DNA of 56,902 nt from Octopus bimaculoides (GCF_001194135.2 NC_068995.1:6103506-6160407); one strand, 5' to 3'. Shown: positions 1 to 13,562, counted from the first letter of the stretch. A program made the numbers and translations. Notes: generated from the letters alone by a model not told the origin.

Positions 1-37
<37 letters not shown>

Positions 38-44
38 TATATAT
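1..44. repeat. (TA)n microsatellite
   Basis: Direct read. Confidence 0.95.
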
Positions 45-1380
45 AGTGAGAGAGAAAGAGTGTGAATAACGTACAAACACATATATGTATGCATACACAT
101 ATATACAGCATACCATATACATAAACTGATATTGCCTATAATAGATTTACAGCCATACACTTCGCCAAATAATATTTAGTATGACTCTAGATACAGTCTG
201 TCATTAACCTACACAGTTCGATTCAGTATATTTTGTGCGCTTCAGTGTAATTTGATCCCACCTCCATTATAGCCTGGGAAGGAATTGTATATTGCCTCTT
301 AGATTCAGACCCTCTCTTTTCATCCCCATTTCATTGATACATTATCATGCCAATCCAGCCCCTATTTATCTCGTGAGAGTGTTTCACATCAAATTCATCA
401 ACGCAGTTAGATACAGCGATTAATAAGCTGTAGGGACACCGTATTTTGTTATGCAATGCAATTATCATATACTACACAGTGTATTAAAAGTGTCTTTTTT
501 CATAAATCAATGCCGTGTTCTACTGTGTTAGCAGTGCTATTAAATCCCTTGGTAAGGTTATCTCTACGGATTCTCTACAAAAATCAGTCGACTACAATTT
601 CTATAGAAAATCTATAGAGTTACCCTTAAGAAGTAAGTTACCACAATTTATCAAACAAACCTATAATGCGGTTTTTCATTCTCTCTGTTTATTTTCTCTT
701 ATTCCTTTCTGTTGAAGAGCGTATGCTCGAAATGTAAGAGACATTTTTTCATTTTCCTGAGCGTCAAACTATACACTTGCCTGTTGTTTATAATAAGTGT
801 GGGACTCTATTTCTTCGTCTTTTGTTTTTCTATAAATTTCAAACCTGTAATTAGTCTGATTCTAAAGACAATCTTTCTTTCTTGCACTGCTAACACTCTC
901 AGAATCTTGTAAGAGAAAATCAGAGAGAATAATTTCTACATTGGCTAAAGTTTCGTCAGTACTTATTAAGTGTTGTTTTCATCGTCCAAGTTCTTATCCT
1001 TGCATACATGTTCCACAAAATATCCACTGCTGTCGACGTGTCATCAAGTGTATGCAACAGGTATTTGAGGACAATCATCAGTTCATTATCTTCAACTAGT
1101 TTCAGCCATCGTGGAGAACTTTTAGTTGGTCGAATAACCCCATAACTTATTTGCTTTTAAGCCTGGTATTTATTCTATCAGTGTTTATGGCCGAACTGCT
1201 AAGTAACGAAAAGGTGAACAAATTATGTCATTGTTTTGATAAAAATTGTTCATTGCTTGAAAAATATAAGTCAAGGTTAATAAAATTTAATATGTGATCA
1301 ATGCACAAAGTGCCATTGTTGGGTCCAAGGCCCAATGAAGAGCCCTCTACAGGAGCTCGCTTAAAAGCCGATAGGGCTAG

Positions 1381-1497
1381 TATATATATATATATATATA
1401 TATATNNNNNNNNNNNNNNNNNNNNNNNNNNNNNNNNNNNNNNNNNNNNNNNNNNNNNNNNNNNNNNNNNNNNNNNNNNNNNNNNNNNNNNNNNNNN

Positions 1498-1553
<56 letters not shown>

Positions 1554-1578
1554 TGTGCATACACACACACACACACAC
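1381..1578. repeat. (TA)n / gap / (TG)n / (CA)n compound microsatellite
   Basis: Direct read. Confidence 0.95.
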
Positions 1579-2309
1579 ATCCATATATGACTATAAAAAA
1601 GTACTACCCGAACACTCGCTCATATGTTCTCAACATTCGAGAGACAGTTATTTCTGTTTCATGTTTTCTTGTAATTTCAGAAAATATTCCGCATAAACAC
1701 TTTCTGCTTCTTCTCTCCCTTTCACTTTTCTATGTCTTTCTCCCTCCCTTTCTCTCCTCCCTTTCTCCCCCCTCTCTCTCCCACTCTCTCTCTTTATTAC
1801 CGTTTTCTTCATCTCTTTTCCCCTCTCTCTTTATGTTTTGTCTGACTTTTGCTCTCACTCATTGATTACTCAATCTATTTCCATCTCCAACACGCTCCCT
1901 CTTTGTTTCTCCTACTTTTCTCGTCCCCACGCATTGCTCCCTCCGCCTCCGCCGGCACCATATCGCTTTGACACTATCGTTTCATAATATTCATAACATC
2001 AGTGAAATATTCAACGTCAACGTTCTCTGATTAATATTTTCTCTGGTGAATTTTAATTCCCAAACCAAGCCAAGAGACGATGCAATAGAACAGTGCAATA
2101 GTACAATATAATGACATGTATATATCTCGACTACGCTTGGTTCAATGTATTTCTCATCATACAGACGTTGAGGCTGAGACTGGAATCCAACTCAGAATCT
2201 GGTTACAATTCTCGAGGTAAAAACACAAAACAGACAGCGCAGACGATCCATAAACATTAAGACATGCAATGATTTTAATATTATTGTTCTGGTTATTGTT
2301 GTTGTCGTT

Positions 2310-2390
2310 GTTTAATACCAGATCAATACTGATAAAGAAGATCTATGATGAGAGAGATTCTAGTGGTTGCCGTCCCATGTTTTTAGGATC
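2310..2390 (-). mobile_element. Degenerate 3' part of dispersed repeat 'family C' ((AAC)n-tailed, non-LTR-type)
   Basis: gttgtttaataccagatcaatactgataaagaagatctatgat aligns loosely with 17805 (gtttagccccaggtcatccaatgagcagcaggtttatg) and with the reverse complement of the 40.9 kb and 48.5 kb copies. Confidence 0.45.
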
Positions 2391-4315
2391 ATGTTTTAGC
2401 GTGCTTTATGCAATGTGACCATTTTAAGATGATAGATCGTAGTTTCAGCCTCATTTAACTGTTGTTTTTGTCAGGTCAAGCTTCGAAAAGCGCAATTAGA
2501 CAGGTCAGTCTTTCGTCTTTCTACTTGTCTGCCCGATCTTTGTTTGGTTCTCGTAATTTAAACGACAGCGGTTTACTATTTTCTAGGTACCTTCTCTTTT
2601 AGTATTTTACATGTTTTAATGTTGGGTTTATTATTCTTCTGATAAGCCTCCTTCTTCCTTTCGTTATTCTTCCGACAGTTTTTCACGTTATCCCTATTCC
2701 TCTACGACCGCTATTCTTGATTAAGAGAAATGTGAGATTTTACTTGTTTGGGATCAAGAATCGAGATGAATTGCAGTTGTCTCCAGGATTGTTATTTCAA
2801 GACACAGTCTCCCTCCATGTCTTCCTCACATCCCCTTTTTATTATCACCAGGAGAAATGTTTCCTATGTTATCTAAGCCGGAGTACACAAATATCTTCGT
2901 CATTTCCAAAGAACTGATTTATTTAACTCTAAGGACAGCACATACTCTGGGGTAGGTCGCCATCGTTGCTGCGTTTTCACTCTTTGCTGTTCTTTGGAAA
3001 GAAAACAACTTTATTTTGCTATCACACGTGCGGTAATTTGGTGCACTGCTCTGTTTCACTGATTCACTTTTCTTTCATTCACTAGTAAGTAAATTTATGT
3101 GTCTGTGTGCGTGTATGCGTCCGTGCGTACGTGTGTGTGAAATAATTCTGAAACCTGTTTTAAAATCACAATTTACATTCGAAAATAGCATGTAATGTTT
3201 CCTACATAATAGAAAGCGAGTAACCTGAAATTTGTAGGTGATTCCTGTAACTTCCGTGAACTTCAGGTGATTACATTCCAAATTTCTTGACTCGGGTCAG
3301 TCGCAATCGATCAAAACAACAATTGAACCTTCTGAAAACGTTCATCCAGTCATATAATCATCAATAATATAAAAGTAGATGTGTTCTTCCTCTTTCAAGA
3401 TATTAGTTAGGAAATTTTCCTGTTGTTTCTAGTAGTTCTCATGACCAAATAAAAAAAAAAAGAAACCTTGTTAGCTCAAATCATTTCCAGCAAAACTATC
3501 ATCAAGTTGATTCCGGCCGTGACTGTTCCATCTTCTTACCACGCATTCTGAAAAGATAAAAAAATATCTTACTGAATGGATATTCCTGTTTTTAAAAGTT
3601 GGTGCATCTTTTATAGGGTAGCTGTTATTTCCAGGAAATCTCGTGACTGATAACGTGGAGGCTTCATCGTCGTTCAATAATACTCATGTTGGATGGCATG
3701 TGACATGTGAACGTTGTATGAAGTTTAATTCAGTCAACCACAGTATCGTGAAATTCTAATTAATCTCTTAACTAACAAGACAGAGATATTAACACTGTTA
3801 ATCTGTCACAGATCATCTCAAACGAAACATATTAAACGAGAAATAGATTCCAACACTTATTATAAATTCTATATTGGTGGAGTGCATCGAAGGTATAATA
3901 AAATGTCAAGAAATCTTTGTGTTATAATATAAAGGATCTCAGGTCTTTGGTAATAGCTTTGGGAGCTCAAACGAAATATCATCCATGTGAGTTTCCAGCT
4001 TGCTAGAAATAACAACTAAATCTCTATCGGGTCGAGTCTTTTAGAATTGTGACACACGTCCTCCATTTCTCCTCCCACAAGTAGAACTGAAGAAAAATAG
4101 TAGTTGCCGTCCAGCCCTTCCTTTCTAAACTGCAGAAAAGAAATTCTAATAACGAAGGAAAAAAGTGAGTGTTTATTTGTCCATATGCGTTCTGTTGTGT
4201 GTGCGTGCGCATGAGCGTGTGTGTGTGTGTTGTTTAGTCGTTCGTTTAATTAAAATATACACACGCACTGGTAAACAAACTTCACATTTTTACCTCTTTT
4301 ATTATTGATACCTAG

Positions 4316-4317
4316 CT

Positions 4318-4416
<99 letters not shown>

Positions 4417-4445
4417 AGTGGCAGCTTCTGCGGTTACTACTACTA
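4316..4445. repeat. Compound trinucleotide microsatellite (CTA)n-(CTG)n-(CTA)n
   Basis: Direct read; explains the poly-L/S/V/A ORFs in the track. Confidence 0.95.
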
Positions 4446-4943
4446 CTCTTACCATTACTATCTTGCACTCTACAACGTATGTGCTTTCCTCATATATCAT
4501 CCTCAATTCCAGGCGATCCAATTGGTACCTCGATATTCCTACTTATAGCTAACTAATGTTTGTTCAAGTTTGTTGCCTACTCGCTGAGTCTAATTGCAGT
4601 AAAATATTTCATTTCACTTCTCATTTTTCGAAACTGTTTCTTCAATATTATCCTCACCGGGATTTAACAAATGGATTATCTTTTTCAAGCGATCATGTAT
4701 AGTTTCCTAAAAGATACTTCTGAATTACTTAGAAATGAATATTTTCGAACTTATGAGACGCCCCATTCTCGATGGATTTAGCTATGTTGTATTTATTAAT
4801 ATAATACACATCATGGTAACATGAGAAACACAATGGCATTCAATGTTTCTGGTGAAGACAATAAAAATAATAAAAAAAACAATTGCATGCGTTTTCTACC
4901 ACAGAGAACTCATACAAATCGTTAATTCTTGTTTACTTCTCAT

Positions 4944-5141
<198 letters not shown>

Positions 5142-6550
5142 CTACATGCATACACACATTGCTGGATTCTAAATGGTGCCATTTTAGAATATGAGAGAAT
5201 ATGATTACTATCAATTGTTATGCTTAAATAAAACATCTATACAATAGCGTCTATCTGGTCGCTCGATCTACTAGAAATAACAGCCCATGAATATCATTCA
5301 CATCCCAACAACTTAGTAGAAGGCTTCTGAGACCCTGTGCCACAAGGGCTACCCGAATGCCTCGTTCATTTTTCGTAAGTATAATTGAAATGATTACAAA
5401 ATTCATATGAATGTTTGAATGTATCGGAACAGTTATTATTTATGAATTAGATGATACAATATGTATTGTCAATAAATAATGAAGGCTATAGCTTTTCTAT
5501 ACTTTTTCTTCTCATTTTTAGCGATAAAGAAGTTTCGCTTTACATTGCAGGTGAAATGCGACAGTAATCATTCTTTAGTTTCATCTACGTACATCGGTAA
5601 TTGTTTATCTGATCTCCACTTCGCCACGAAGTCGAGAAGATTATGAAATGCTGACATCCCGTCTAAAGTAGGAACTGACATATTAAGCTAAGTCTTCCAA
5701 AAAAGATGAGATATATCATTTTACAATTTCTGAAAAATCTAGTTTGAGAAGAACGAAGCCATAATTTAAACAATGCTTTTATTGATTCAAAACTATTCCT
5801 GATGTTCTACACAGGGTATAACAATTGAGTCTCTTACATGGCCGCAAACGTTGCTAGAAACAGCAGCAATATCTTCAATTGATTCGACGATGAAATAACA
5901 GAATCGTCAGAACAATGGCAAACATATCTTGCGTCCTTTAATTGCGGTCATCTATTTGATAAGTTCAAATCCCAATAAAAGTAAATCAACTTTAGTTTTC
6001 CACTCTCCGGAAACGATAAAATAAAATACGAGTGCAGTATTGATGCCTCTTTATATTCTTATACGATGCCATAAGTGACAACTTCTGATCAAGTAGTGTC
6101 AGAAGCGTCTCGTGAAATACAGCGAGTTTTGGTCATATTGAGACCTGGGATGATCCGCTTTGTTTTATGTTTGGAGATTAGCGATTACTTTTGGTAAACA
6201 TGACAGAGAGAGAAAGACAAAAGAAAAAGAAAAAAAGACACGAATCAACAACAGGTATTTATTGACTCCAAAAGAATGAAATACGAAGTCGACTTCAGCA
6301 GTATTTGAACTCAGAACACATAGTTCTGGAATGAATAACGCAAGATTAACTATCCAACGCTGTACAAAATATACGCTGGATTCCGCTGGATTTGAACGGA
6401 ATTATTATTGATGACCCAGACAACATATTCTGACAAGGACGGAATATTAAACAATGTGGTTTATGACATGCAAGAAATATAGTCGCATCTAAAATGTCTT
6501 CGAACGTAAGTCACCTTGATCTTAACTGTTATGAGAATAAACAAAGGAAT

Positions 6551-6746
6551 GGTTTCACATTTTTGCACAAGGCCAGCGAATTCGGCTGAGGGACTACGTC
6601 GATTACATCGACCGTAGTACGCAACGGGTACTTATTTGATCGGCCTAGATAAGAGGAAATGCAAAGTTGACCTTGGATGAAAGACGGACTAAATGTCGCT
6701 AACCTATTTTTGAGGCGTACTAACGCTGCTGACAGCTCGCCACCTT
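6551..6746 (-). mobile_element. tRNA-derived SINE, family A (degenerate, full length)
   Basis: Reverse complement starts aaggtggcgagctgtcagcagcgttagtacg, matching the head of the 43686 copy. Internal tcgatgtaatcgac block present; tail ccttgtgcaaaaatgtgaaacc. Confidence 0.8.
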
Positions 6747-6849
6747 GGGGTTAAACAAAATCATAGCAATAACAACAGTATTTACAAATATGATCTTGAA
6801 ATACGTTTTACTGCGAACATTCTTACATTCCTTTCTTGTACTTCTTTCA

Positions 6850-7400
6850 GTTCTCAAGATTTTATAATTCACATATTGGAACAATTATTTCTTGCAGACA
6901 ATAAACAGTCTTCTATGATTCTTTTCTTATATTTTATTGAATATTATTACGAGAGTAACTTTTCTTGTGTAACAGATATCTCCTTGTATTCTTTTTAATA
7001 TTTCTTTAATTCCATCACTTGTTCAAATTTTACTCGCCTCTCTTTTTTAGTTTACATTTCTATCGCTGTGAAATCCTTCTTGTATTGCACAGAACTGTAG
7101 TGTAAGTACTAACTTACATGACTAGTATGTGTTACAATTATTTCTTTCCATAGCGAACATTTACCTTTACTGCTCATACAACTTATTCTGCGAAGTCGCT
7201 ATTTATATACACAACTCTAACTTACCTGTTTTTTCCTCTCAATCTTAAATGGGCGTAAATTTTATTTCTTTCGTCGTCGTTTAAATAATTCTATCCTAGA
7301 ACGTCTACAGAATTATTGCCAATTCTTACCAAATGTTCATTCTATGTTTTCATTGTTATTGGTTCCTCGTGTTAATGGCATTGGTCTACGTAGATTTATA
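6850..7400 (-). mobile_element. Possible highly decayed Penelope-like element fragment (linker / GIY-YIG side)
   Basis: Mixed-frame minus-strand translation gives RMNIW..., RIGNNSVDVL..., VS*SCVY and KGKCSL, reminiscent of the PLE motif series RNIIW..TNIGK.FL.LLD..VKVSYSC..CPL. Many stops and frameshifts. Confidence 0.3.
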
Positions 7401-8126
7401 ACCTCTGTAAATGATGGTCATCTTCGTTTTTCTATCATCTTATTGGATATTTTCTTCTTTAGTTAGTCTTCTTATTTGATTATATTTTTATAACATTTCT
7501 TCTCTTCAGTAATCTTATGTTTGGCAATCTTCGCTTTTTATACTCATGATATGTTTGCGTAATATTCTAGACGAAATATATTCCATTAATATTAGTTGCT
7601 GATTTTGTGTAGCATTCAAGAAATCTTTAAGAAATTCTTGCTACTCGGAAATTTCCGTTTCTTTCTATTTTCTCTTACTCTATATATTTTGTGTTTTACT
7701 TCGGTAAACCAACAGCAATGTCTCTGTAGCTGAATCTACCTCAAATCACAAACTGATGTTTTCAAAAAAGAAAAAAAAAGAAAATGAACGAGATATCGGA
7801 TATTGTCTTCGTAGATATACGAATAGATGGAATGGTCACAATCGGAACGATCTTAATCAAATAACTAGTCGATCAAACCCAGATGTATTGAGCACATCAT
7901 TGTTCTATTTGGTATATGGCAGACCAAAGAGATGTATTTGAACATAGAATATATTATTGATATTGATGTTGTTGCTGATGTAGTTGTTTATCCTAGGATT
8001 GCCCTTAATGCACTGAAGTCTACTCTTACGATCGAAAATTATCCATCCATGACTATCCCGTATATTGTGTATCAGCTACATTCCCCAACAACGCCTTTCC
8101 TTTTTAAAGAGATTCGTGTGCAATTT

Positions 8127-8127
<1 letters not shown>

Positions 8128-8177
<50 letters not shown>

Positions 8178-8247
8178 AAGATGTCTGATGTTTCTATTAT
8201 CTCTAGTGAACACACTGCAGTAGTAGTAGTAGTAGTAGTAGTAGTAG
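8128..8247. repeat. (GA)n and (TAG)n microsatellites
   Basis: Direct read. Confidence 0.9.
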
Positions 8248-8477
8248 AGGCCATGTGCGTGGTGGTCAGCATCGTCGTGAAGGAGGATATGTCATTCCGC
8301 ATTAGTAGACAGTAATTAAAATCGGTCCAGCTGCCATCGTCCAATCTCTTTTTAAGATGCAGTGTTTTATATCCGCAGATTGTTATTCATGGACAGGCAG
8401 CTGTTATTTCTACCGAGTCGAGACAGATTGTAGAGACTTCTTCATAGTATTCTCTTATGTACAAGATTTATAGAAAG

Positions 8478-8842
8478 GCATATCTGTTTCCTAAACATCA
8501 GAATATGTTTCAGGCTCAGATGTCCGTAAAATTGTTATGGTCGTCAAATTAGTTTCAAAGCTGTTTCCCAATCATCAGAAAGTATATCAAGTTTAGATGT
8601 AGCATGGTTATGGTAGTTAAATTAGTTCCAAAGGGATATCTGTTTTCTAATCGTCAGAATATGTCCCACGTTTATATGTCCGTAAAATTACTATGGGAGT
8701 TAAATTAAGTCCAAAAGTATATCTATTTTCTAACCATCAGGTATAGAGTCCGTAAAATTGTTACGGTAGTCAAATAAGTCTCAATGGTATATCTGTCTTC
8801 TAATCATTAGAATATGTCTCGGGTAGAGATGTCCTTAAAATT
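8478..8842 (+). repeat. Degenerate minisatellite, 5 units of about 70-83 bp
   Basis: Recurring tatctgt(t/c)ttctaa.catcagaatatgt...gatgtccgtaaaattgttatggtagt.aaattagt. Anchor spacings are 77, 79, 83 and 70 bp. Confidence 0.8.
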
Positions 8843-10240
8843 GTGAAAGAAAATGCTATACCGGTATTTAAACCAATCAAACGGTACCTTTCGAGGCGTT
8901 GAAACAAGTCAACGAAGGATTCGATAGACTTGAAAAGCTGGCGTTATTGAAAAAAATTTATTACACAAAATGGTCGTCCCTAACAGTTTATGTGAAGAAA
9001 GAAATAATAAAATCCTAGTGTGCGATGATTTTTCATCGGGATTAAACGAATGTTTGATGTCATATAATTACCAAGTCCAGAAAAAATATTCGCGAAGTTG
9101 AATGGAGGAAAAAGTTTTTCAAAGATGGACCTATCTGAAGCATATTTGCAGGTAAAAGTCGATGAGGAATGTTCAAAGTTATTGACAATACACACACATA
9201 AAGGGCTGTATACATTTAATAAACTCACCTTTGGTATAAAGGTAGCACCTGGAAATTTCCAACAAGTTACGTACATTATGCTCGCAGATTCGGATTTCGC
9301 TGTAGCTTAACTTGACGACATACACATAAAAAGTGTATCTCGAGGTCAGCGTGCAGAGCATGTTAAAGGGGTCTTCGAAAGAATAAGAGATTATGGGTTT
9401 AAGCTCAGCGAGGAAAAGAGTGAATTTTTTATGCCAAGAATAAAATATCTAGGGCAGATTATTGATGAAAATGGACGCAGACCAGACCCGTATAAGGCGA
9501 GTGCAATAAAAAATATGCCTCCTCCGACAAACATTACAACGTTACAAGCATGTTGGGGGCTCACAATTTACTACCAGGTATACATACCGAATATGCACAT
9601 TTTAAGGGCACCCCAGTATATTTTGTGTTAAAAAGACGTTAAGTGGAACTGCTTGGACAAATGCCTAATAGTCTTTGAAGAAATTAAAAACGTCTTAATG
9701 TCAGAATTGTCGTTATCACATTTTGACCCAAATTTAGAAATAGTAGCGCCAGCAGATGCTAGTGAAAGTGGTTTTGCATCTGTGATTTTGCACAAATGTG
9801 AAGATGGTAGCCTGAAAGCAGTAGCTCATGCTTCGCGTTCATTATTGCCGGCTGAAAAAAGTTCGTAAAATAGAAAAATAGGTATTAGCCATTATATTTG
9901 CAGTCAAAAAAAATTCCATAAATTTATACATTGAAGAAGGTTACCTCGTCTAACAGACCACCTCCCATAATTGTTGAGCCATGAATCAAAAAATTGTATG
10001 TCCACACATGCAGCCAACTGATTGCAGCTTTGGGGACCGATTCTACTGAATTACAACTTGAAAATGGAGTATTTGGCATCGAAAAATTGGTACATGCAGA
10101 TTGTTTGTCAAATTTAATACCAAAATGCAGTGAACCACCAGAAGACAGTGATGGCGGCGTTAAATCCGAAAATAAAAATTAAAAAATATATTGTGCAATG
10201 TTGTGCACGAATTGTTTGTGACAGTGTCTGTGATAGAGAG
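8843..10240 (+). mobile_element. Ty3/Gypsy LTR-retrotransposon pol fossil (RT + RNase H), multiple stops and frameshifts
   Basis: KENAIPVFKP; FAKLNGGKSFSKMDLSEAYLQV; HKGLY.FNKLTFGIKVAPGNFQ; catalytic YLDD mutated to *LDD (TAA at 9308-9310); IKYLGQIID; SHFDPNLEIVAPADASESG; AVAHASRSLLPAEK; HADCLS. No LTRs recognised. Confidence 0.93.
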
Positions 10241-10242
10241 AG

Positions 10243-10373
<131 letters not shown>

Positions 10374-11159
10374 ACAGGGCCAAAAGTGAAAGCCAGTAGT
10401 CAACTGTTACTTTATCAATTCGGGTTCATATAAAACAGCTGATGTCGGAGAGTTTGAAGTCAGAGCGTAAAGATACGAGAGATTACCGCAATATGCTGGC
10501 CTGCCTATCAAGCGTTTCTATCACCGAATTATGAGAGTAATATAACATACCCTACATAGAATATTTATGGTCAATTGGCACTGTTAGAACACCAGAGAAA
10601 ATTGGCAGACTTCCTTATAAAATGCTTTACGGAGAACATTTTCATGAACATAAAGAAAACGTTATTTAGTTTCATCCTCGCTTATCATTCTGGATCCATG
10701 AAATAAAAAGCAGAAATGGAATGTAATAGAAACTATTGCTTGCACCATGGAAAAACGCACACAGAAAAAGAGAAACCACATGTTTGTGTCTTCGTAGTAA
10801 ATTGTATATTAATATTTGGGTGATAATCTGCTGCAGAATACAGAGAACGTATTTGTGAGACCTGAATGATATTTGGTTACCGGCATCACATTGAAATGCA
10901 TTTATTTATTTATGTCTTTGCTTGTTGAGATCACACGACACAGAATGTGTGTCATGCAGCAACAGACGACATTTGATACAACAACAGACGCAGCACTTAT
11001 CATCGTACGGAATTGTGAATAGGAGGTACATGTGACAACAACAGAAATAGCACAGAGTAGCATAGATATCAAGCAGTAACTACCGTATCAGATTACGGAT
11101 ATCACTCAGCAAACGATTTACCTCATAACCATACAACATATCCGACATCAAAAATCCTT

Positions 11160-11301
11160 ATTTACATTATTTACATTATTTACATTTGACGGATATTTGT
11201 CCTCATCTTGTTTGTTGTTAACACAACGTTTCGGCTGATATACCCTCCAGCCTTCATCAGGTATCTTGGGTAAATTTCGAACCTGAGTTCCCATTCCTAA
11301 G

Positions 11302-11371
<70 letters not shown>

Positions 11372-11452
11372 CATTATTCAGGTCACTTCTTCGAATCAAA
11401 TTCGGAATCTTGGGGTTAGTAGCCCGCGCTCTCAACCACTCCGCGACATGCC
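11160..11452 (-). mobile_element. tRNA-headed SINE, family D: tRNA-like head + (AAT)n + Penelope-like 3' region + (ATGTAAATA)n tail
   Basis: Minus strand: ggcatgtcgcggagtggttgagagcgcgggctactaaccccaagattccgaatttgattc (A/B-box-like), then about 25 AAT units, then a CTGATGA..GAAAC motif, then a 9-bp repeat tail. Confidence 0.8.
11220..11265 (-). ncRNA. Putative minimal type I hammerhead ribozyme (Penelope type)
   Basis: Minus strand: GATAC-CTGATGA-A-GGCTG-gagggtatat-CAGCC-GAAAC-GTT^GTGTT. Core boxes present; 5-bp stem II; stem I GATAC/GTGTT with two G-U pairs; palindromic AACGTT in place of stem III. Confidence 0.65.
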
Positions 11453-12592
11453 AGAAAATGCCAAAAATAGTGTACATAATTCCTCATCTCTTAAATATAG
11501 AACTGTATCAAAAAAACTTAGACAGAAACAAATTTGTCACTCACCAGCAAAAATATCACGAGGAACGTGACAACATACTGACTGTCAAAACGCATAACAA
11601 CAGACTAATCACATTACAACAGATAAATCATATAAAAGAAATATCATATGACAGTAGACCAATCGCACAACAGCCAGATCGTAGAGAAAGAGGTAGATAA
11701 CAAAGAAACAACACAAAACAAACATTCATAACAACAGTTAAAAATCACATAACACACATACCGCATAACAAAAAGATCATATAGCAACTGATGAGTAGCA
11801 TAACAAGGGAAAACTGACGCAAGAGACAACAGACAGATCAGGTCACATCAGTTAGATTACAGATCAAACTGAAGTAACGCTTTACTTTCTCTACAAAAAA
11901 ATAAAAGACCTGCCACCACGACCACCACTGAATGAAAAAAAAATAACATCATAAATCTTTATTCTTCGTAATTAAGAAATGATTATTGATTGTGGCACAG
12001 AGTCTGCATGTTTCACTGGAGTTTTCTTAGACTAATTATATTTGGCAGTTATATATATATATATATATATATATNNNNNNNNNNNNNNNNNNNNNNNNNN
12101 NNNNNNNNNNNNNNNNNNNNNNNNNNNNNNNNNNNNNNNNNNNNNNNNNNNNNNNNNNNNNNNNNNNNNNNNNNNNNNNNNNNNNNNNNNNNNNNNNNNN
12201 NNNNNNNNNNNNNNNNNNNNNNNNNNNNNNNNNNNNNNNNNNNNNNNNNNNNNNNNNNNNNNNNNNNNNNNNNNNNNNNNNNNNNNNNNNNNNNNNNNNN
12301 NNNNNNNNNNNNNNNNNNNNNNNNNNNNNNNNNNNNNNNNNNNNNNNNNNNNNNNNNNNNNNNNNNNNNNNNNNNNNNNNNNNNNNNNNNNNNNNNNNNN
12401 NNNNNNNNNNNNNNNNNNNNNNNNNNNNNNNNNNNNNNNNNNNNNNNNNNNNNNNNNNNNNNNNNNNNNNNNNNNNNNNNNNNNNNNNNNNNNNNNNNNN
12501 NNNNNNNNNNNNNNNNNNNNNNNNNNNNNNNNNNNNNNNNNNNNNNNNNNNNNNNNNNNNNNNNNNNNNNNNNNNNNNNNNNNNNNNNNNNN

Positions 12593-12649
<57 letters not shown>

Positions 12650-12922
12650 ACGTATATATTCATGCAGAGGTGTATGTGATTTTCTTTGACAGCCTCGTTA
12701 CGTCACATCCGTTTCTTGGTTACCATTGTAACTGTGTGTTGTTTGTGAGTCTGTCAGGCTGTGTCTATTTAAAGAACAACTAATTGCACTGTTATAATTA
12801 ACTACACTTTATTTCTTTATTTAATTACATATTTTTCTTACATGTTCCCTGTAGCCGATATTCTCATTTTACCATGTTGTTATGTTGTTGTCATTATTAT
12901 CATCATTATTACTATTATCGCT

Positions 12923-13024
12923 CTTCTTCTTCTTCTTCTTCTTCTTCTTCTTCTTCTTCTTCTTCTTCTTCTTCTTCTTCTTCTTCTTCTTCTTCTTCTT
13001 CTTCTTCTTCTTCTTCTTCTTCTT

Positions 13025-13053
<29 letters not shown>
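12923..13053. repeat. (TTC)n microsatellite, about 43 units
   Basis: Direct read. Confidence 0.97.
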
Positions 13054-13056
<3 letters not shown>

Positions 13057-13147
13057 CAGTAGTATTCTTATTTTTTTCTCGTTTTTATTCTGGTATTGTT
13101 TTGTGATCTATTCTAATTTGGTTGCCTTGCAACGCTTAGGACTTTCC

Positions 13148-13148
<1 letters not shown>

Positions 13149-13210
<62 letters not shown>
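13149..13210. repeat. (TAT)n microsatellite
   Basis: Direct read. Confidence 0.97.
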
Positions 13211-13435
13211 CAATTGTAGTAGCAGTATTGTCTAGTAATTTTTAGTATCGTCGTTGTTCTTGTTTGCATTCTGTTCCTTTAATTGTTTAATAAGATTTTT
13301 CTTGTAGGCAAGACTGGTTCCAGTGAAGGCAACCAAAACCAATTCAAACCAAACTAAACTGTCATGTCATTTCCAGTTATCTTCTCTTTTCTATCCACTC
13401 CCATTTCTTCTCATATCTTCTGTACCTTCTCATCT

Positions 13436-13464
13436 CTGTCTGTCTCTCTCTCTCTCTGTCTCTC

Positions 13465-13560
<96 letters not shown>
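13436..13560. repeat. (CT)n/(CTGT)n microsatellite
   Basis: Direct read. Confidence 0.95.

Positions 13561-13562
<2 letters not shown>

Noticed and set aside
8072-8344. Minus-strand ORF DDGSWTDFNYCLLM..TTTT as a mucin-like exon
   Set aside because: The Thr run is a (TAG)n microsatellite, the ORF continues into (CT)n, and all three frames hit a stop just after the nearest upstream acceptor.
8478-8842. Minisatellite as a repeat protein with TAG/TGA recoded to Trp by A-to-I editing (YSDD*KTD versus YSDDWETA on the minus strand)
   Set aside because: Unit lengths of 77, 79, 83 and 70 bp are not multiples of 3, so no frame is maintained.
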